DNA from: Octopus vulgaris
Lineage: Eukaryota
Length of the DNA: 64,000 bases
Direction: 5' to 3'
NCBI GenBank assembly: GCA_951406725.2
Contig: OX597818.1
Location: 30,070,001-30,134,000, forward strand
The notes beneath the pieces were generated by a model that worked only from the letters and a program-made list of their open reading frames with translations, did no database searches and had not been told where the DNA came from. The first letter of the stretch is position 1, and each line of letters starts with the position of its first letter. Shown in pieces: positions 37,390-52,039 of this stretch. Position numbers and translations under genes: made by a program.

Positions 37390-38469
37390 GCAACAACAAC
37401 AACAACAATCTCTAGATGTTAGCAATTTTTGTTGTTGCTGTTGCTGTCATTATAATAAAAAAAATTATCATCATTATTGTTGTTATCATTATCATTATTG
37501 TTGTTGTTGTTGCTAAGGCAGAATCATTAGCACACTGGGCAAAATGCTTAGGGACATTTCATCTGTCTTCACATACTGAGTTCAAATTCTGCTGAGGTCG
37601 ACTTTGGCTTTCCTCCTTTTGGGGTCGACAAATTAAGTACCAGTCAAGTACTGGGACTAATGTGATCGACTTATCTTTCCTCACAAATTTCAGGTCTTGT
37701 GCCCATTGTAGAAAGGATTATTGTTATTGTTGTTGTTAAGGTGAGTGAGCTGGCAGAATTGTTAGCATGTCAAACAAAAAGCTGAGCAGCATTTCTTTTA
37801 ACTCTGAGTTCAAACTCCACTGAGGTTAACTTTGCCCATAATATTTTTGGAGTTGATAAAATAAAGCACCTGTCAAGTACTCAGGTTAATGTAATTGACT
37901 AATCCTCTCCTCCTAAAATTACTGACCTTTACCAAAATTCAAAACCATCTTTATTATTATTATCATTGTTACCATTGAAGATAGTTATATAACAAAAATA
38001 GTTGAGTGTGAGACTAAATTTCTTGCAGAAATTAGTTTCATCCCCCTTGATTTCAAATTCAATCTCATCATTGATGAGACCATTGAAATAAAAATTAACA
38101 GTGGAAATCTTCATATCAAGGAAGCTATATTCATTCACCACCTGAACCTGAAAATCAACAGTCAATTGGAGATGGGCTGGTATATCCTATGAAGACATTA
38201 CAGTGACTATGGCCAACCTCATAACATACATTACCAATGCCATCTTCCACCATTGACATGTGAAAATACATCACAACAAACAGCAGTTGGGGAGTTATTG
38301 CTACCGCTGCTAACCCAAAGACTGAGAAGATCAAATATAATAGCGAAATCAGTGTAACTAGACATTTCTTTGCACATGAAATATAAAGGTTTTTGTAAAA
38401 CTTTCTGCATTACTAGAAGCTTCCTTATTTTCCTTTTCTTTTTCTAAAAATGAAGCTTTTTCTGTGATC

Positions 38470-39310
38470 AATTCATTCAACTATAACAATCAATGTAGGA
38501 TGATATGCAGTGTCTAGGTTGCATGTAGATGATGTATACTTGAGGAAAGTTAGGGAGGAATGAAAGGTTATATCATATGCACAAGAGTGAATGTCATTAG
38601 ATGTGATGGCAAAAAATGTTATTGATATATAGAAGGAAGAGAGTGGGAACAAAACCAAATCTTGGAACAAAAAGAGGCCCATCAACACATGCTATGATGA
38701 TCATGTAATCTGATATGAATGTATTGATCCAAAATATGAGAGAGTTATATAACTTGTAGGCAAGTTGTTTGGATAGGTGATCTGCATACCAGACATGGTC
38801 AAAATATTTACTGATGTCTGGGGTAACAACATTGCTTTCACAAACGTTTTTAAAGAAACAGCCCACTGGTGAATGACACAAAAGAGAAGCTCTGCAAAAG
38901 TTGTACAGATGATCATCGATGAGTAACTTAGAGATGAGTGCAGTTGAAAGACAGTTGGTTGGGTCAGAAGCATTGCCTTTCTTTGGAATAGAACATACTG
39001 AAATAGGCTTCCAAAATTTCTGGGTATTTCTTTATAACAAATGAGAGAGTAAAAAGCTTGGTGATTATGAGGGCATCTTCTAGAGCACAATGTTTGAATG
39101 TAATGGAAGGAGCATTGTCAGTGACTTTGTCGGTTTGAAGCAATTGGAGGTATTTCCACACTTGAAGCATATGTAAGCATGGTGGAGGAACAAGTGGAAT
39201 GGAAAAGAGATTTGGAGGAGATTGATGAGTCGGATGTGAAGTAAGTAGCAAAGGTGAAGGTTGGCAATGATGCTTCCAAACTACTCATGAACAGCAATGC
39301 ACATATCACC
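38470..39310 (-). mobile_element. Decayed CR1/Jockey-group LINE RT
   Basis: PDISKYFDHVW, PTLFLLYINN, AYDITFHSS correspond to DISKAFD / PTLFLLFIND / YADD motifs. Confidence 0.7.
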
Positions 39311-41214
39311 GACCGCTAAGGCACTGGTATCAGTAAGATGTCTCTTTAAGTCATTTGTAGGTTTTGTTTATGCTAACTGTGTTTCAAAATCTACGTTTAA
39401 AACTTTTTGAGTTTGTTTCTGGAATATCTTTTATTTCTTTTTTACTTACTTCAGTCATTTGACCGTGGCCATGCTGGGGCACTGCCTTGAAGGGTTTTAG
39501 TAGAACAAATTAACACCTTGAAATTTAGTAGAACAAATTGACACTCAGAGAGTAGTGGTGGACAAAATGCCACTAAGCTTTTCATCAGGTATGCTGATGA
39601 TTCTGCCAGCTTGCCACTTTAAGGTAAAGTAAAGAAAAGACCACTGAAGTTATCCAAGGGAAAGACAAAGGCCAATATAGCTTGGTACCAGTAATATCGC
39701 AACTTATTTCCACAACTGAGTGAACTGGAGCAACATGAAATAAAGTGTCTTGCTCAAGAACACAACACACGGCTCTGACTGGGAATTGAACTCACTACCT
39801 TATAAATGTGAGCCTAATGCTCTACCCACAGAGCCTAATCTATGTATTTATCTTAACGGTAACCAAATACAAATATTTGTTATGTTATAATATACCTTAT
39901 CTTGTAAATACTGAAACCACTTATTTTAAAGGTAGCCAAATATTGATTTTCTTTTATCTTAAAGTAGATGAATACTGCACCTTTTTTTATCTTAAAAGTT
40001 GACAAATACTGATATTTCTTTATCCTAAATGGTAATTAAACATATTCACAACAGCTGTTATAAAACAAGCAGTATTCTGTTTACAGTTTTAATTGTGAAG
40101 TTATTGTTTGTTCTAAATTATGCATTTATGTTCCTTAATAATATAAATCTAAATCTATTTTCAGTATATAAGTCCTTGCCTCCTTTAGTAATTTCCATAA
40201 ATTTTTTACATGGGGTATCTCGTTCACACAATATCTAAAAATAAAGAGGTATATGTTTGATGGGATAGTAGAAGAAAATTGTCATCAATAACATTGGCAG
40301 CAGCAGTGGGTGTGGCATCAGTGGGTGTGGCATCGTCGTCGTCATCATCATGATGATCATCATCATCATTCCCATCACTACTATCATTACCATTGTTGCT
40401 GTTTCGATGTTCTCTTCTCCATGCTTTCATGGATCAGAAAAATGGTCAGTGAGAGAGGGTGACAGATATCAATAATAAGAAACTTGGAGAGAGGGAATGG
40501 TGGCTTGCAATTGAGAAGGATGATAAAGAAGTTTATGAGATCTGATGCAGTCATTAGATAGGTGTTGTGATGGGAGGAAGAGAGCGATAGAGAGGTGTAA
40601 AGTATTAGAGAGTGGTTCAATACGACTAATCCAGTGCTATCCTTCATTAAATGGTTGACATGGTACAATAAGAGAAGGAGAATGATGGAGGGAGAAGAAG
40701 GTATTGAATACAAGAGAGTGGAGTCAGCCCATGAAATCTCAATAAGTACAAAATGGGTACATATCTGTACAAAACAGTTACAGATGTAGATGTATATATA
40801 TTCTACATCTTGACTGTGGAGCATATACAGATATAACAGCCAATGTTCAGTTGCCTACAGCTAATCTCATCTTAATTATCCTAAACTGACTACCTTAATT
40901 ACTTTTTGTGTCTATTTCCAGCTAACAGCAAGCCTATTTCACCCCTGCTATAGCTATTACTAATCGAGAAGAATTTGTATTGCTATCTCTCACCTGTGAG
41001 GAATTTGGCTGAGAATCATTTCCACCTTACCTTTTGCTCATAACACACATCCATTCATCTCCATTCCAATATTTCCATAATACCATCAGATGTACTTTTC
41101 ATCAGGCTTATGCTTATGGTTGCAGCCCTGGAGTTTTCAAACCTGTAGGAAGAGGGTGTGTACATTAGGCGGAAAGCTTGTTTGATGGTTGGTTCATGAC
41201 TATTTAACCACACT

Positions 41215-43050
41215 AACCAGATTGATTACATTCTCACAGAAAGTGAGATTCATAGTTACTCATAAATGTGAAGACCTTTGCTGGTGAAGAATGTACTCCT
41301 CAACAGAGGTTAGCCATTAGCAACTTCAGACTATAGGCAAGAAATATTCCAAGAAGCTAGCCAGATTATAAAAGAAAAATTTGGAAGCTTAAGGATCAAT
41401 TGAGTAGTCAGAGCTTTAGAAATGTCCTAACGGAAGCATTTAAGGAGGAGGAGGAGGAGGAGGAGGAGGAGGAGGAGTTATAGACATGTAACAAAGACAA
41501 TAACTGGAAGTTCCTATGAGACAACTTACTGGGAGTTACAGAGCAAATTTGTGGCTGCTGCAAAGTCCCAACCAGACCTTGAGTGACATGGTGGTGGAGC
41601 AGTGTAGTTGACAGGCCCATTATAGCAAAGAAACCAGCCTGGAAGAGTTAGCAGTAACAAGGAAATATACCAGGTAGCTAGAAGGGATGCTCGGAGGCAG
41701 GTATATTGAGCCAGGGATGAAGCAGAAAGAAAGAAGTTTGCCAATGTTCTGAAGCATGAGGACCAACAGCTTGAAGTGTTTTGGTCTGTAACATAGTGTG
41801 TCAGGGAAAATTGTGATGTTGTTGAAGACAAGTGCATTCGCATGGATGATGGTTTGCTTGCAGTTTGTGACTCTGCAAAGAAATAGGCTTGGAAGTGCCA
41901 CAATGAAAGACTGCTAAAAGTAGAGAATTCATTAGAAAAGTAAACCTCACCCAATGTGGATCCAGTAGAAGGACCAGCTATTTGCATAGACAATAGCTGG
42001 GTAGACAAAGCCATGAAGGATATGAAAATGGGGAAAGTCTCTGACCCATCTGGAATCACTGCTGAGACGCTTAAAATATTTGGTGGTGTGAGTTATGGTT
42101 TAGTCACCCATATAGTTAATCAGGGTGTATATGAATGAGTTATTCCCAATGACCAATGTAGCAGCACCATAGTCAACTGCAACAAAGGTAAAGGGGGTGC
42201 CTTAGACAGAAATAACTATAGACGTATCAAATTGTTGGACAAAAAGATGAAAGTTAAGGATGAAGTGATGAAAGTTACAGAGGGTCATAGCTCAAGTAAT
42301 TAGGAAGAAAGCTAGTCTAGATGAGATGCAGTTTGGTTTTCTGCTAGGAGGAAGTACCTCCAATGCTATATTCCAGGCAAGGCAGCTGCAGGAGTAGCAC
42401 TTAACCAAAAACAAACTTCTGTACAATTAGAAAGCCTTTGACGTGATCTCACCTTCCCTTATCTGGTGGTCAATATAGAAACTAGAGATAGCAGGACCAG
42501 CTGTTTGTATAGTGTTAACACTGTTAACAGAGGAAGTAATCATTGCATGTGGCAGAGGTATAGGTACAATAATCATGAGAAATGTACAGAAAATAGACTT
42601 TATCAAATGTCAGTGGGGATACTCAGAAGTAGTAGGTACCTTTTGTTATCTGAGTGACCAAGTCAGCAGTGGAGATGGATGGTCTGAGAGTGTAACTACT
42701 AGAATAAGAATATGCTGGATAAAGTTCAGAGAGCTTCTGTCTTTGTTGGTAATAAAGTGCCCCTCTCTCAGAGTGAAAGGCAGATTGTGCAATGCCCGTG
42801 AGCAAACAGCCATGCAACATGGCAATGAAACATGGGCTGTGACTGCTGAGGATATGAGAAGGCTTGAAAGAAATGAAGCTGGATGGGTAATATCAGTGTG
42901 CATATACGACAGAGTGTAAGCATCTTGCGAGAAAACTTGGGCATAAAAGGCATCAGATGTAGTGTGCAAGGGAGAAGTCTGCACTGGTATGGTCATGTGA
43001 TGCATATGGATGAGGAAAGCTGCATAAACAAGTGCCAATTTCTAACTATG
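41215..43050 (+). mobile_element. Decayed RTE LINE
   Basis: Homologous to 5930-6880 and 12400-12980, with many stops. Confidence 0.85.
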
Positions 43051-43196
43051 GAGATTGACTTATACTTTGTAAGCCTAATACTTATCCTTTCGGTCACTTT
43101 TGTCAAACTGTTAAGTTACGAGGACATAAACATACCAACATCAGTTGTTAAGTAATGGTGGGGAGACAAACACAGACACACATGCATAAACATACA

Positions 43197-44845
43197 CAGT
43201 GGCACTATTTAAGAAAGTAGTATACTAATGTTAAAATGGCATTTTTTATATATTCAAGTTTTAAATTGTGAACTAAGATGTATATCAAAATAAAGAAAAT
43301 TTAATATGGTATTCAACTTTACAGCATAACATTAACATATTAACTTTAAATTAAAAATTAACTTTATTTTGTGTAATTTATGGCACCACTTAATTTACGA
43401 ACAATTTGCAAAATTTCATTTTTTTGCTTTATTGACTAATATAAAGATATGGTAATTTGCATGTTGTTACAATTTTTAAGTTACTTAATAGTTGTGATGG
43501 GTAAGAGACAAAACTTAACACCAGAAACCAGAGAGCGAGGATCATTCAGCTTAGTAGGCTGACATGGTCATATAAAGCTACTTCAAACAAAGTTGGATGC
43601 TCTAAAACAGCTGTCTATAATGCTGTCCATCTTTATAAAGAGACTGATGATTATAAAGACTGCTCTCAACCTGGGCAGCCAAGAAAAACAATGGCAAGAA
43701 TGGATAGATACATTCATAGACTATCCCTAGTAAAATGAAAAATGACCACTATTGACATTTTAAAAGAAATTAGGCAAAAAATGGACTTATCATTGGAGTG
43801 TCTTTATCATCATCTCAAAGAATTTGGACTTCTAGGAAGAATCTCTTGCAAAAGGCATATATTTCTCTAAAAAATCAATGTGCCTGAATACAGTTTGCAA
43901 AAGAGCATTTGAATTGGTTAAATGTATTGTGGTCAGATAAGTCAAAGCTTAACTTGTTCAACAGTGATGGCAAGAAGTATGTAAGAAGGCATATAGGCAA
44001 AGAATATCATCCAGAATGCATCCAACCTATAATTAAGCACAGTGGTGGAAGTATGGTAGTGTGGGAGGTGCATGTCTGGAAAAGGCATCAGTCCTATAAT
44101 CTGAATCAAGGGCATTATGGATAGTAAGTCCTATCTAGAAATATTGGATAAGATTATACTTCCAAACAACTGAAAGCATTTGAGCCAATCTTAGGCTTTC
44201 CAGCATGACAACAACCCAAAACACACCTTGTACCTAGTCAGATTACATTAGGTCTAAGAGAGTTTGGCTGATGCAGTGGCTGGTGCATTTGCCCGACCTA
44301 AATCCCATTGAAAATCTTTGGGAAAGGTTGGGTGGAGTTGTGCAAATAGTAAGCCAAGAATAAGGATGATTTTTTTAAACATTATTAGCCAAAATTAGGA
44401 AAAAATCTTAGAAACAGTGATAAATGATCTGAACAATTCTATGTTTCGCAGATGCAATGCTGCATTAAGTAATTTTGGATAACCAACCAAATACTGATTG
44501 TGTGAGCTTATTGTTTTTTGTTGATCTCAGAATAAACTTTTTATAGCAAAAACATGAAGTTTTACAAATCATTCTTAAATTAAATAGCACTATAAATTGC
44601 GATAATTAAGATTTATTTTTAATTTAAAATTGATATGTTGATGTTATGCTGTGAAGTTCATGAAATTTTCTTTATTTTGATATACATCTTAATTCTCAAT
44701 TTACAACTTGAATGTATAAAAAATGCCAATTTAACATTGTTGTTTATATATGTACAGTGGCGTCATTTAATTTAAGAACACTAGTATCATCATCAAGAAG
44801 ATGATGATGATGATACTAGTGTTCTTAAATTAAATGACGCCACTG
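43197..44845 (+). mobile_element. Tc1-like (DD34E) transposon relic with long TIRs, inserted in a SINE
   Basis: CAGTGGC...GCCACTG termini; 43228-43400 is inverted against 44560-44737. MGKRQNLT, VLWSDKSKLNLF, QHDNNPKH, PDLNPIENLW. Confidence 0.85.
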
Positions 44846-44862
44846 TACATATATAAACAACA
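44738..44862. repeat. Perfect 58-bp-arm palindrome, 9-nt loop
   Basis: 44738-44795 is the exact reverse complement of 44805-44862. Confidence 0.92.
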
Positions 44863-45435
44863 GGCTTCTTTCAATTTTTCTCTACCAAATCCAGTCACAA
44901 GGCTTGCTCAAGGTGCCATGCAATGGGACACTTACCCAAGGCACCATGCAATGGGACTGAACCCAGAACCATGTAGTTGGAAAGAAAACTTTTTACTACA
45001 CAGCCATGCCTGCACCTAGCCATGCTTGTTGCTAACCACACCTGTGCCTAGCCACGCTTGCACCTCATTTTGTGGTGCATGGTTTCATATATAACATGTG
45101 TAGTACAGTTTCTGTCTACTGAATTAACTAACAAGGCATAAGTTACCTGCCCAATGTGCAGCATATGTTGTAATTGACACAATAACAAGAATGTCCATTA
45201 CTTGTTAGAACAAATTATTTTAATTATACAAAAGCTAATGTTTAATGGTGTATTATTATCCTTAGCTACAGTCATAGTTGTGTGGCATAGAAGTTTGCTT
45301 TCAAGCCATATGGTTCAAGTTCAGTCCCACCATGCAACAACACATTAGGAAAGTGTCTTCCACTATAACCTTGAGTCAATCAAGACCTTGTGAGTGGATC
45401 TTGTAGACAGAAACTGAAAGAAGCCAATTGCATGG

Positions 45436-45474
<39 letters not shown>

Positions 45475-46339
45475 TGTGTGCATGCTTGTATGTGTGTTGT
45501 GTGTGCAGGGGGTGTCCCTTTGTCTTGACATAGCATGATATTTATATATATGTGTCATTGTCATATAACCAGTATCATTCATTTCCTTTTCAATGCAAAC
45601 ACATTTGGAATGGGGGAAATATGATTTACTTGGAAACAAGTATGAGGTGGTAACAGGAAAGACATTCTGCAGTACAAAAATCTGTCTCTATAAATTTCGT
45701 TTGACCCATGCAAGTATGGAGAAGTAGACAACAAAATGATGATGATGATTTTCTTACAATATACCATCCACCCCGGACCTCATTTTACATATTGGGTACA
45801 TTAGTGCCTCCTATGTTAAAAATTTATGGAAATTAGTGCACATAAATATATCAATTAGAACAAAGAACTGCTTCAAACAAAACTTTAAACAAAATAGTTT
45901 CAGCTATATTATTGGTGTTGTGAAGGCGGCAAGCTGGCAGAATTGTTAGCACACCAGGTGAAATGCTTAGTAGTATTTCATCTGCTGCTACGTACTGAGT
46001 TCAAATTCCGCTGATGTCAACTTTGCCAGTTATGCACTGGGGTCAATATAATTGACTAGCCCCCTTCCCCCAAAATTTTCAAGGCCTTGTGCCTAGAGTA
46101 GAAATAATTATTGGTGTTGTTATTATCATGTTTAGTTACCATTTAAGATTTTAAAATATTAGTGTTTGTCTACTTTTAAGATTTAAAAAAAACCAGTATT
46201 CGGCTTCTTTTAAGATAAGTAGTTTCAGTACTTGTAAGTTAAGGTATAAGATAACAAATATCAATATTTTGATTACCTTTAAGATGAAAGAAACAAATGT
46301 AAAATAATTAAAGATGTTCACACGAGAATATTTAATAAT

Positions 46340-47560
46340 TGATATGGGTGCTTTTATGCGTCACCAGCACAGGTGCCAGTTGCATGACACCAGTATCTGC
46401 CACGACTACAATTTCACTTGGTCTGATGGGTCGTCTTCTCAAGCACAGCATATTGCCAAAGGTCTCAGTCATTTGTCATTGATTCTACGAGGTTCCAAGC
46501 TTGACAGGTGCTTTTTATATGTCACCCGTACAGGTGCCAGGTACACAACACTGGCAATGGTCACAATGCCTCCGTGAGGCCTAACACTCAAAAGGTGCTT
46601 TTTACATGTCACTGGTATGGGTACCAGTTATATGACATTGGCATCAGCCATGACTACAATTCACTTAGCTTGATGGGTCTTCTCAAGCACAGCTTATCGC
46701 CAAAAGTCTTGGTCATTAGTCATTGCCTCTGTGAGGCATAACATTCGAAGATCTTGCTTTACTATCTCATCCCATGTCTTCCTGAGTCAACTCTTCCACA
46801 GGTTCCCTCCAGAGTTAGAGATCGGCACTTCTTTACACAACTGTCCTCGTCCATATGCATCACATGACCATACCAGCACAGTCATCTCCCTTACACACCA
46901 TATTTGATGCCCTTTGTTGCCAACAGAGGTAGGAGCTCTTTGAACTTTTCCCAGCCTATTCTGATTCTTGTAGCTATGCTCTCAGAGCATCCACCTTTGC
47001 TACTGACTTGGTCACCTCGATAATGGAAGCTATCAACTACTTCTAGCTTACCCACCTGGCATTTGATGGAGTCTGTTTTATGTACATTTTAATTTTTTAT
47101 TGTACCTGTGCACCTTTCACACAAAACTTATTTTCTCAGTTAACCTCCCTCTGATATTGATGCACCTCTTATGTATCGATAGCTTGCGCTGGGTACATCT
47201 TATGAAATTTCTGCCTACACCTTTTCTACAGATTGAGTAGGGCCATCTCCCTGAAGGGATCTGGGATTTGTCTACTTTCCTACTTACTAAAACTTTGTTT
47301 TTTTGCTAGGTTAACCTTCGATTCTAGACCTTGCTTCCACACTTGAAACTTCTCCTCTAGTTCTGGTAGTGATTCAGTTATAAGAACAAGGTCATCAGTA
47401 TAGAGGAGCTCCCAGGGCAGCCCATCTTAAATTCCTCTGTTATTGCCTGAAGGACTTATGATAAACAAGAGGGGGCTGAGGACTGATCCCTGGTGAACCC
47501 CTACTTGTACCCTGAATTCATTGCTATACTCACCTTACTGACAGCATGGCTTGTACAGCC
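46340..47560 (-). mobile_element. Decayed RTE LINE 3' half
   Basis: VGVHQGSVLSPLLFI, LPWELLYTDDL on the minus strand; same family as 23325-25366. Confidence 0.8.
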
Positions 47561-50500
47561 CTGTCTTACTTATCTGGTGATTAATTTCCTGTGTAAGGAA
47601 AAATAAACTGTTCCACTAATGTGATTGGACAGCTGGAAGCCGACCAATACAAACAACAGGTTCGTTTAATCATGAGGTTATGTAACCACTGGAACAAAAA
47701 GAGCTTGTGGAGCCGTTTTACAGGTATTTAAGCCTAGATGAGTTAAAATGAAAACATCTCACATAATAACAGTGTAAATCACCTCTGCTACAAATTACAG
47801 GGAAATCAATACTTCATTAATAATAAAGGTATATGATATGAAAGAATAGTATCTAAAAATAGTGTTGAAATTTAAATTGAAGTTGTAGCGAGGCACAAAG
47901 AAGCCAGTGCCATTTTGAAACAGCAAGATCTCACCTGCAACCATTGCCATATGCAAGACAAAAACGAGATCTCACCTGCAACCATTATTTAAGGAAAAGA
48001 CAACATTTTTCCTTTCATTTCTTCAAAGCAAAACTTTGAAGCCAGGAGTTCACAGCGGACTTTTGTCCCACTGTAATACCACCTGCATTGTCTCCAGAAG
48101 TTATTGAACCTCATGTGTATGGGAGAGAAGGCTAACTACACACTACTGTGAAGATTGTTACTGAAAGCAAACCCCTTATATGAAGCATCTGTGAATAAAC
48201 AGTTATTGAATTTACTCTGCCTGAGAACTTCATTCTTCGTATATCCAGCTTCTCAAATCAACAGAATAATTATAATGGAAGAAGATACCCACAAATGTAT
48301 CATAAAAACCTTGTTTCCATTATAAAGTAATAATTCTTTCTATGAAAAATACAAGGCCTGAAATTTTGAGAGACAGAATGAGTTGTTTACATCAACCCCA
48401 GTGCTTGACTGATACTCATTTTATTGGCCCCTAAAAAGATGAAAATCAAACTTGACCCCAGTAGAATTTGAACGCGAAGTTGGAAGAACTGCCACTAAGC
48501 ATTTTCTCTGGCACAGTAACAATACTACCAGCTCCCTGCCCTAAAGTTAAGAAATTATCCTTTTTATTAATGGCACAAGACCTAAAAGTTTGGGAGAGGG
48601 AATTTGTCAATTTCATCAACACCATCCCTTGACTGGTACTTATTTTATCAATCCCAAAATGATGAAAGGCAAAACTAACCTCAACAGAAATTAGAATTCA
48701 GAAATGCTAAACATTTTGTTCAGTGTGCTAAGAATTCTGCAAACTCACTGAGCTAAATAATACAAAAACATTTATACTTTTTACCTTAATTTTAATAATA
48801 TTCATTAAAATAAAGAAACTGTTTATTGATTTCAGATCTAAAAGAAGCAAATTGTGAACATTGGACATTGGTGCATCCTCAGTCATCAATAACACAATGT
48901 CCTATTAATATTCTATTCCATCAAATATTTTTTAAAAAGGGTATTTGAAATATAACTATAAGTTCATTTGAATATTTTATTTCTGTTAAGTTGATGCTAC
49001 TACCCAGGTTAAGAGCCACTGATCTAGAATAATTATGTAAATTAGTGCAGTTTTTGAAAAAAAAAATCTTTTAAATAAATGTTTTCACAGAAAATATAAA
49101 ATATGTATGAGCAAAATTTTATTCTAGGGTGTATAATTGTTTGTTAATTTTTGGATATGAAGTCCAGCATGAACCATCTTCTTTGAAGCAATTATTCTGT
49201 GTGAGTAAACATTGTCAAATCAACTGAAGATTATTAGTGTCTTTCTGAAGCAAATTATCTATAATATATAGTAAACTAGCTTAAGGTGACCCACTCTATG
49301 TGTGGGTGAGGGTGTGGTTGTTACTTTCCATTGCTTCCTTTCTGTTTCTTATCGCCACAATCTCTCTCCTTTCTCTCTCACTTTCCCACTCTCTTACTCT
49401 TCCTTTCTCTTGGACTCTCCCTCGCTTTCTCTTACTCTCTATCTTTCTCTAGCTATCTCTCTCCCATTTATAAAGAACAAAAGATCTTGAGTAAGTTGAG
49501 AAAGAAAATTTTTTGAAAGATCAATCATAAATATCAGGCAGTGACAACGGAAAGGTCTGCTTCAAGGAGGAGAGCAAAACACTAACATTTAAAAGGGACA
49601 GGCGAACTTGCGAGCTGAATAAAAATTTTAGAAATATTGAAAACCAAAATTTGAAGGGATAGAATCTGAGGATAGTAGACTCACCATGGCTGGCATTCAA
49701 AACTTCTTAACGATAGACAGCAACGTACTGGCAGTTTAATGGCTGGTGCAAAATTCTGAACTTGATGTAAAAGAAAATTCCTAAACACCAAGTTTTGAAA
49801 TGATTCTTTCTCATGACAGTTGACTCACCATAGCAGGCATTCAAAACTTCTTCATGATGGACGGCAACACACTGACAATTTAAAGGCTGGCGCAAATTTT
49901 TTAGCTTGATGTAACAGAGAATTCCTAAACACCCCCTCCTGTAAATTTTAATCCCCTTCCAGCCCCATTTAGACTCCTTTTCACATAAAAATCCAATTTG
50001 TATCAACGTAATAATTCACCATTCTAAAAGACCTGTAGTGGGAATATTTAAACTTTTGCAGCTGTCAACGCTTTCTCTCTATAGATACAAGCAGACATAC
50101 AGTGAGAGAGGTGGTAGAGGAAAGAGTGACAGAGAGATGGCAAAGCTGTCAAACGTCATTATAGAGAGAAAGTGGAGGGAAGGAAGGAAAGAGAGAGACG
50201 GAGGAAGAGAGGGTGATATGCGAAAGAGAGAAACAACAAACACTTATCAATGTGTGGATTTTGTTGCCCTAGTAACCACAGCTTTTGAGATAGGGTTTTT
50301 TTTAACCTAGTCCACTTACTTCCTCACCTCTTTTTACATGTCCCTGTAAATTTCGGAGCCAATCCGACCCCGTCTAGTGCCCCTTAACCCATTCCAATCG
50401 CAAAATGAGACAAACAATCTTTTCGCATTTCAACTTTATAGATATTTATTAATGTGACTGAGTTTATTTTAGGTATTAATAAACGAAGGCAAAGCTGGGT

Positions 50501-51411
50501 ACAGCTGCTTGCAAATTGCATATGTGTGCGTGTGTGTATGTATATCTCTCTCATCACACACTCACAAACATAAAGACAAAAGGTAGACTAACAATTATAG
50601 GCAGCAGTAATTAATTTTAATGAGATGTTCACATATACATAATCTAGTTACAAGAAGAAGATAGCCATTTCCAGGTATTGCAAAGATTTGATGACTAATT
50701 GATGCTATAATGTATTTTATGCAATCAGGCATATATAATGAGGTAATAATTATACACTGCAGATTAGCAAAAATATAATCACCACACATGAAGCTTCATG
50801 TGTGAATATCTTCAAGATCCAGTAGCTGGATCTTTGAAACAGTTGTAAAGATTGTATTTTTATCATGTGACTTATATATATGTAACATCTCATGTAAATG
50901 AAGTACAGACATCTATAACTCTTGGGTTCATCTTTTGTCTATTTATTGCTCACTCAAGCTATGTATTTCTATAGCTATTACATAGCCTGAATGAACATGT
51001 TTTGCTAGACCATGAGCATGATCGTTACCAACGTCGCTTCACTCTCACCTGTGCTGGTGGCACATGTAAAAAGATTCGAGCGAGGTCATTGCCAGTACCA
51101 CCTGACTGGTGGCACATAAAAAGCACTCACTACACTCTTGGAGTGGTTGGCATTAGGAAGGGTATCCAGCTGTAGAAACTCTGCTAGATCAAGATTGGAG
51201 CCTGGTGCAGCCATCTGGTTTGCCAGCCCTCAGTCAAAATCATCCAACCCATGCTAGGATGGAAAGCAGACGTTAAGCAATGATGATGATGATGATTTTA
51301 TCCTGATTACAAAATTGTAGTTTAAGAATCTAACCAGTCTGAGCACTAATTCAATGCATGTCGACCAAAGCCTTGTGAGTGGATTTGGTAGATGGAAACT
51401 GAACGAAGCCC

Positions 51412-51453
<42 letters not shown>

Positions 51454-52004
51454 CATGTGTGTGTGTGTGTGTGTGTCTTTGTTTGTCTCCCCACCATCAC
51501 TTGACAACCGATGTTGGTGTGTTTACATCCCTGTAACTCAGCAGTTCAACAAAAGATACCAATAGAATAGGTACAAGGCTTACAAAGAATAAGTCCTAGA
51601 GTCAATTTGTTTGACTAAAGGCGGGGTGGATGTAAAGAATGTGGACTGCACCCACTTTGTTTCTTTTGTTTTTTTACAGAATCCCTTACTTTCAAGTACG
51701 GAGGTTCTGATTCTGCAAAAAAAAAAAGCATTTTCAAATTTCACCACCCCTACCAAATTCTTCAATTTCACTTTTTTCAGAATTTTTTGGGTTTTCTTGC
51801 AAAATACATAGAAAAATACGGAGATTAATGATTCTGAAAAAAAAAATTTCGTAAAATTTCAATTTAAAAAAAAAATATAACTCTCCTCCCCTTCACACAG
51901 TTAATAAAACCAACAGCTATATATATATAGCTGTACCTCATGTGTACCATTGGCGATTTTTTTTTTCCTCTGTCTTCCCTTCTCTGGATCTTTCCTTCTC
52001 CTAT

Positions 52005-52039
52005 GTTTCCGACGAAGAGCTCCGCTTGAAACATTAAAC
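52005..52039 (+). ncRNA. Degenerate minimal hammerhead-like motif
   Basis: GTTT-CCGACGA-A-GAGC-TCC-GCTT-GAAAC-ATT-AAAC. Stems I and II present, core has substitutions. Confidence 0.35.

Larger units (their letters stand above)
32376..38141 (+). repeat. Segmental duplication copy B
   Basis: Direct repeat of 1-5803 about 32.4 kb away. ORF pairs such as 1603/33938 and 4564/36918 are near-identical. Confidence 0.95.

Noticed and set aside
37974-38141. Exon-like ORF VVNEYSFLDMKIST...YITIFNG with AG/GT borders (copy at 5634-5803)
   Set aside because: It lies 5' of the signal-peptide ATG, the acceptor is missing in copy A, and it has no recognisable domain. More likely an old LINE remnant.
32376-38141. 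Duplication as a haplotig/assembly artefact
   Set aside because: Not fully excluded, but the clustered non-synonymous exon differences, the distinct right-hand flanks and the third leader copy fit true paralogy better. Read depth would decide.
47592-48263. Possible solo LTR (TG...CA, AATAAA near the end, internal 20-bp direct repeat)
   Set aside because: No target-site duplication, no second copy and no PBS/PPT visible.
49258-50510. Possible second Helitron with a two-copy ~145-bp internal repeat (49678-49932)
   Set aside because: The 5' TC is plausible, but the 3' hairpin and CTAG are too degenerate to call.
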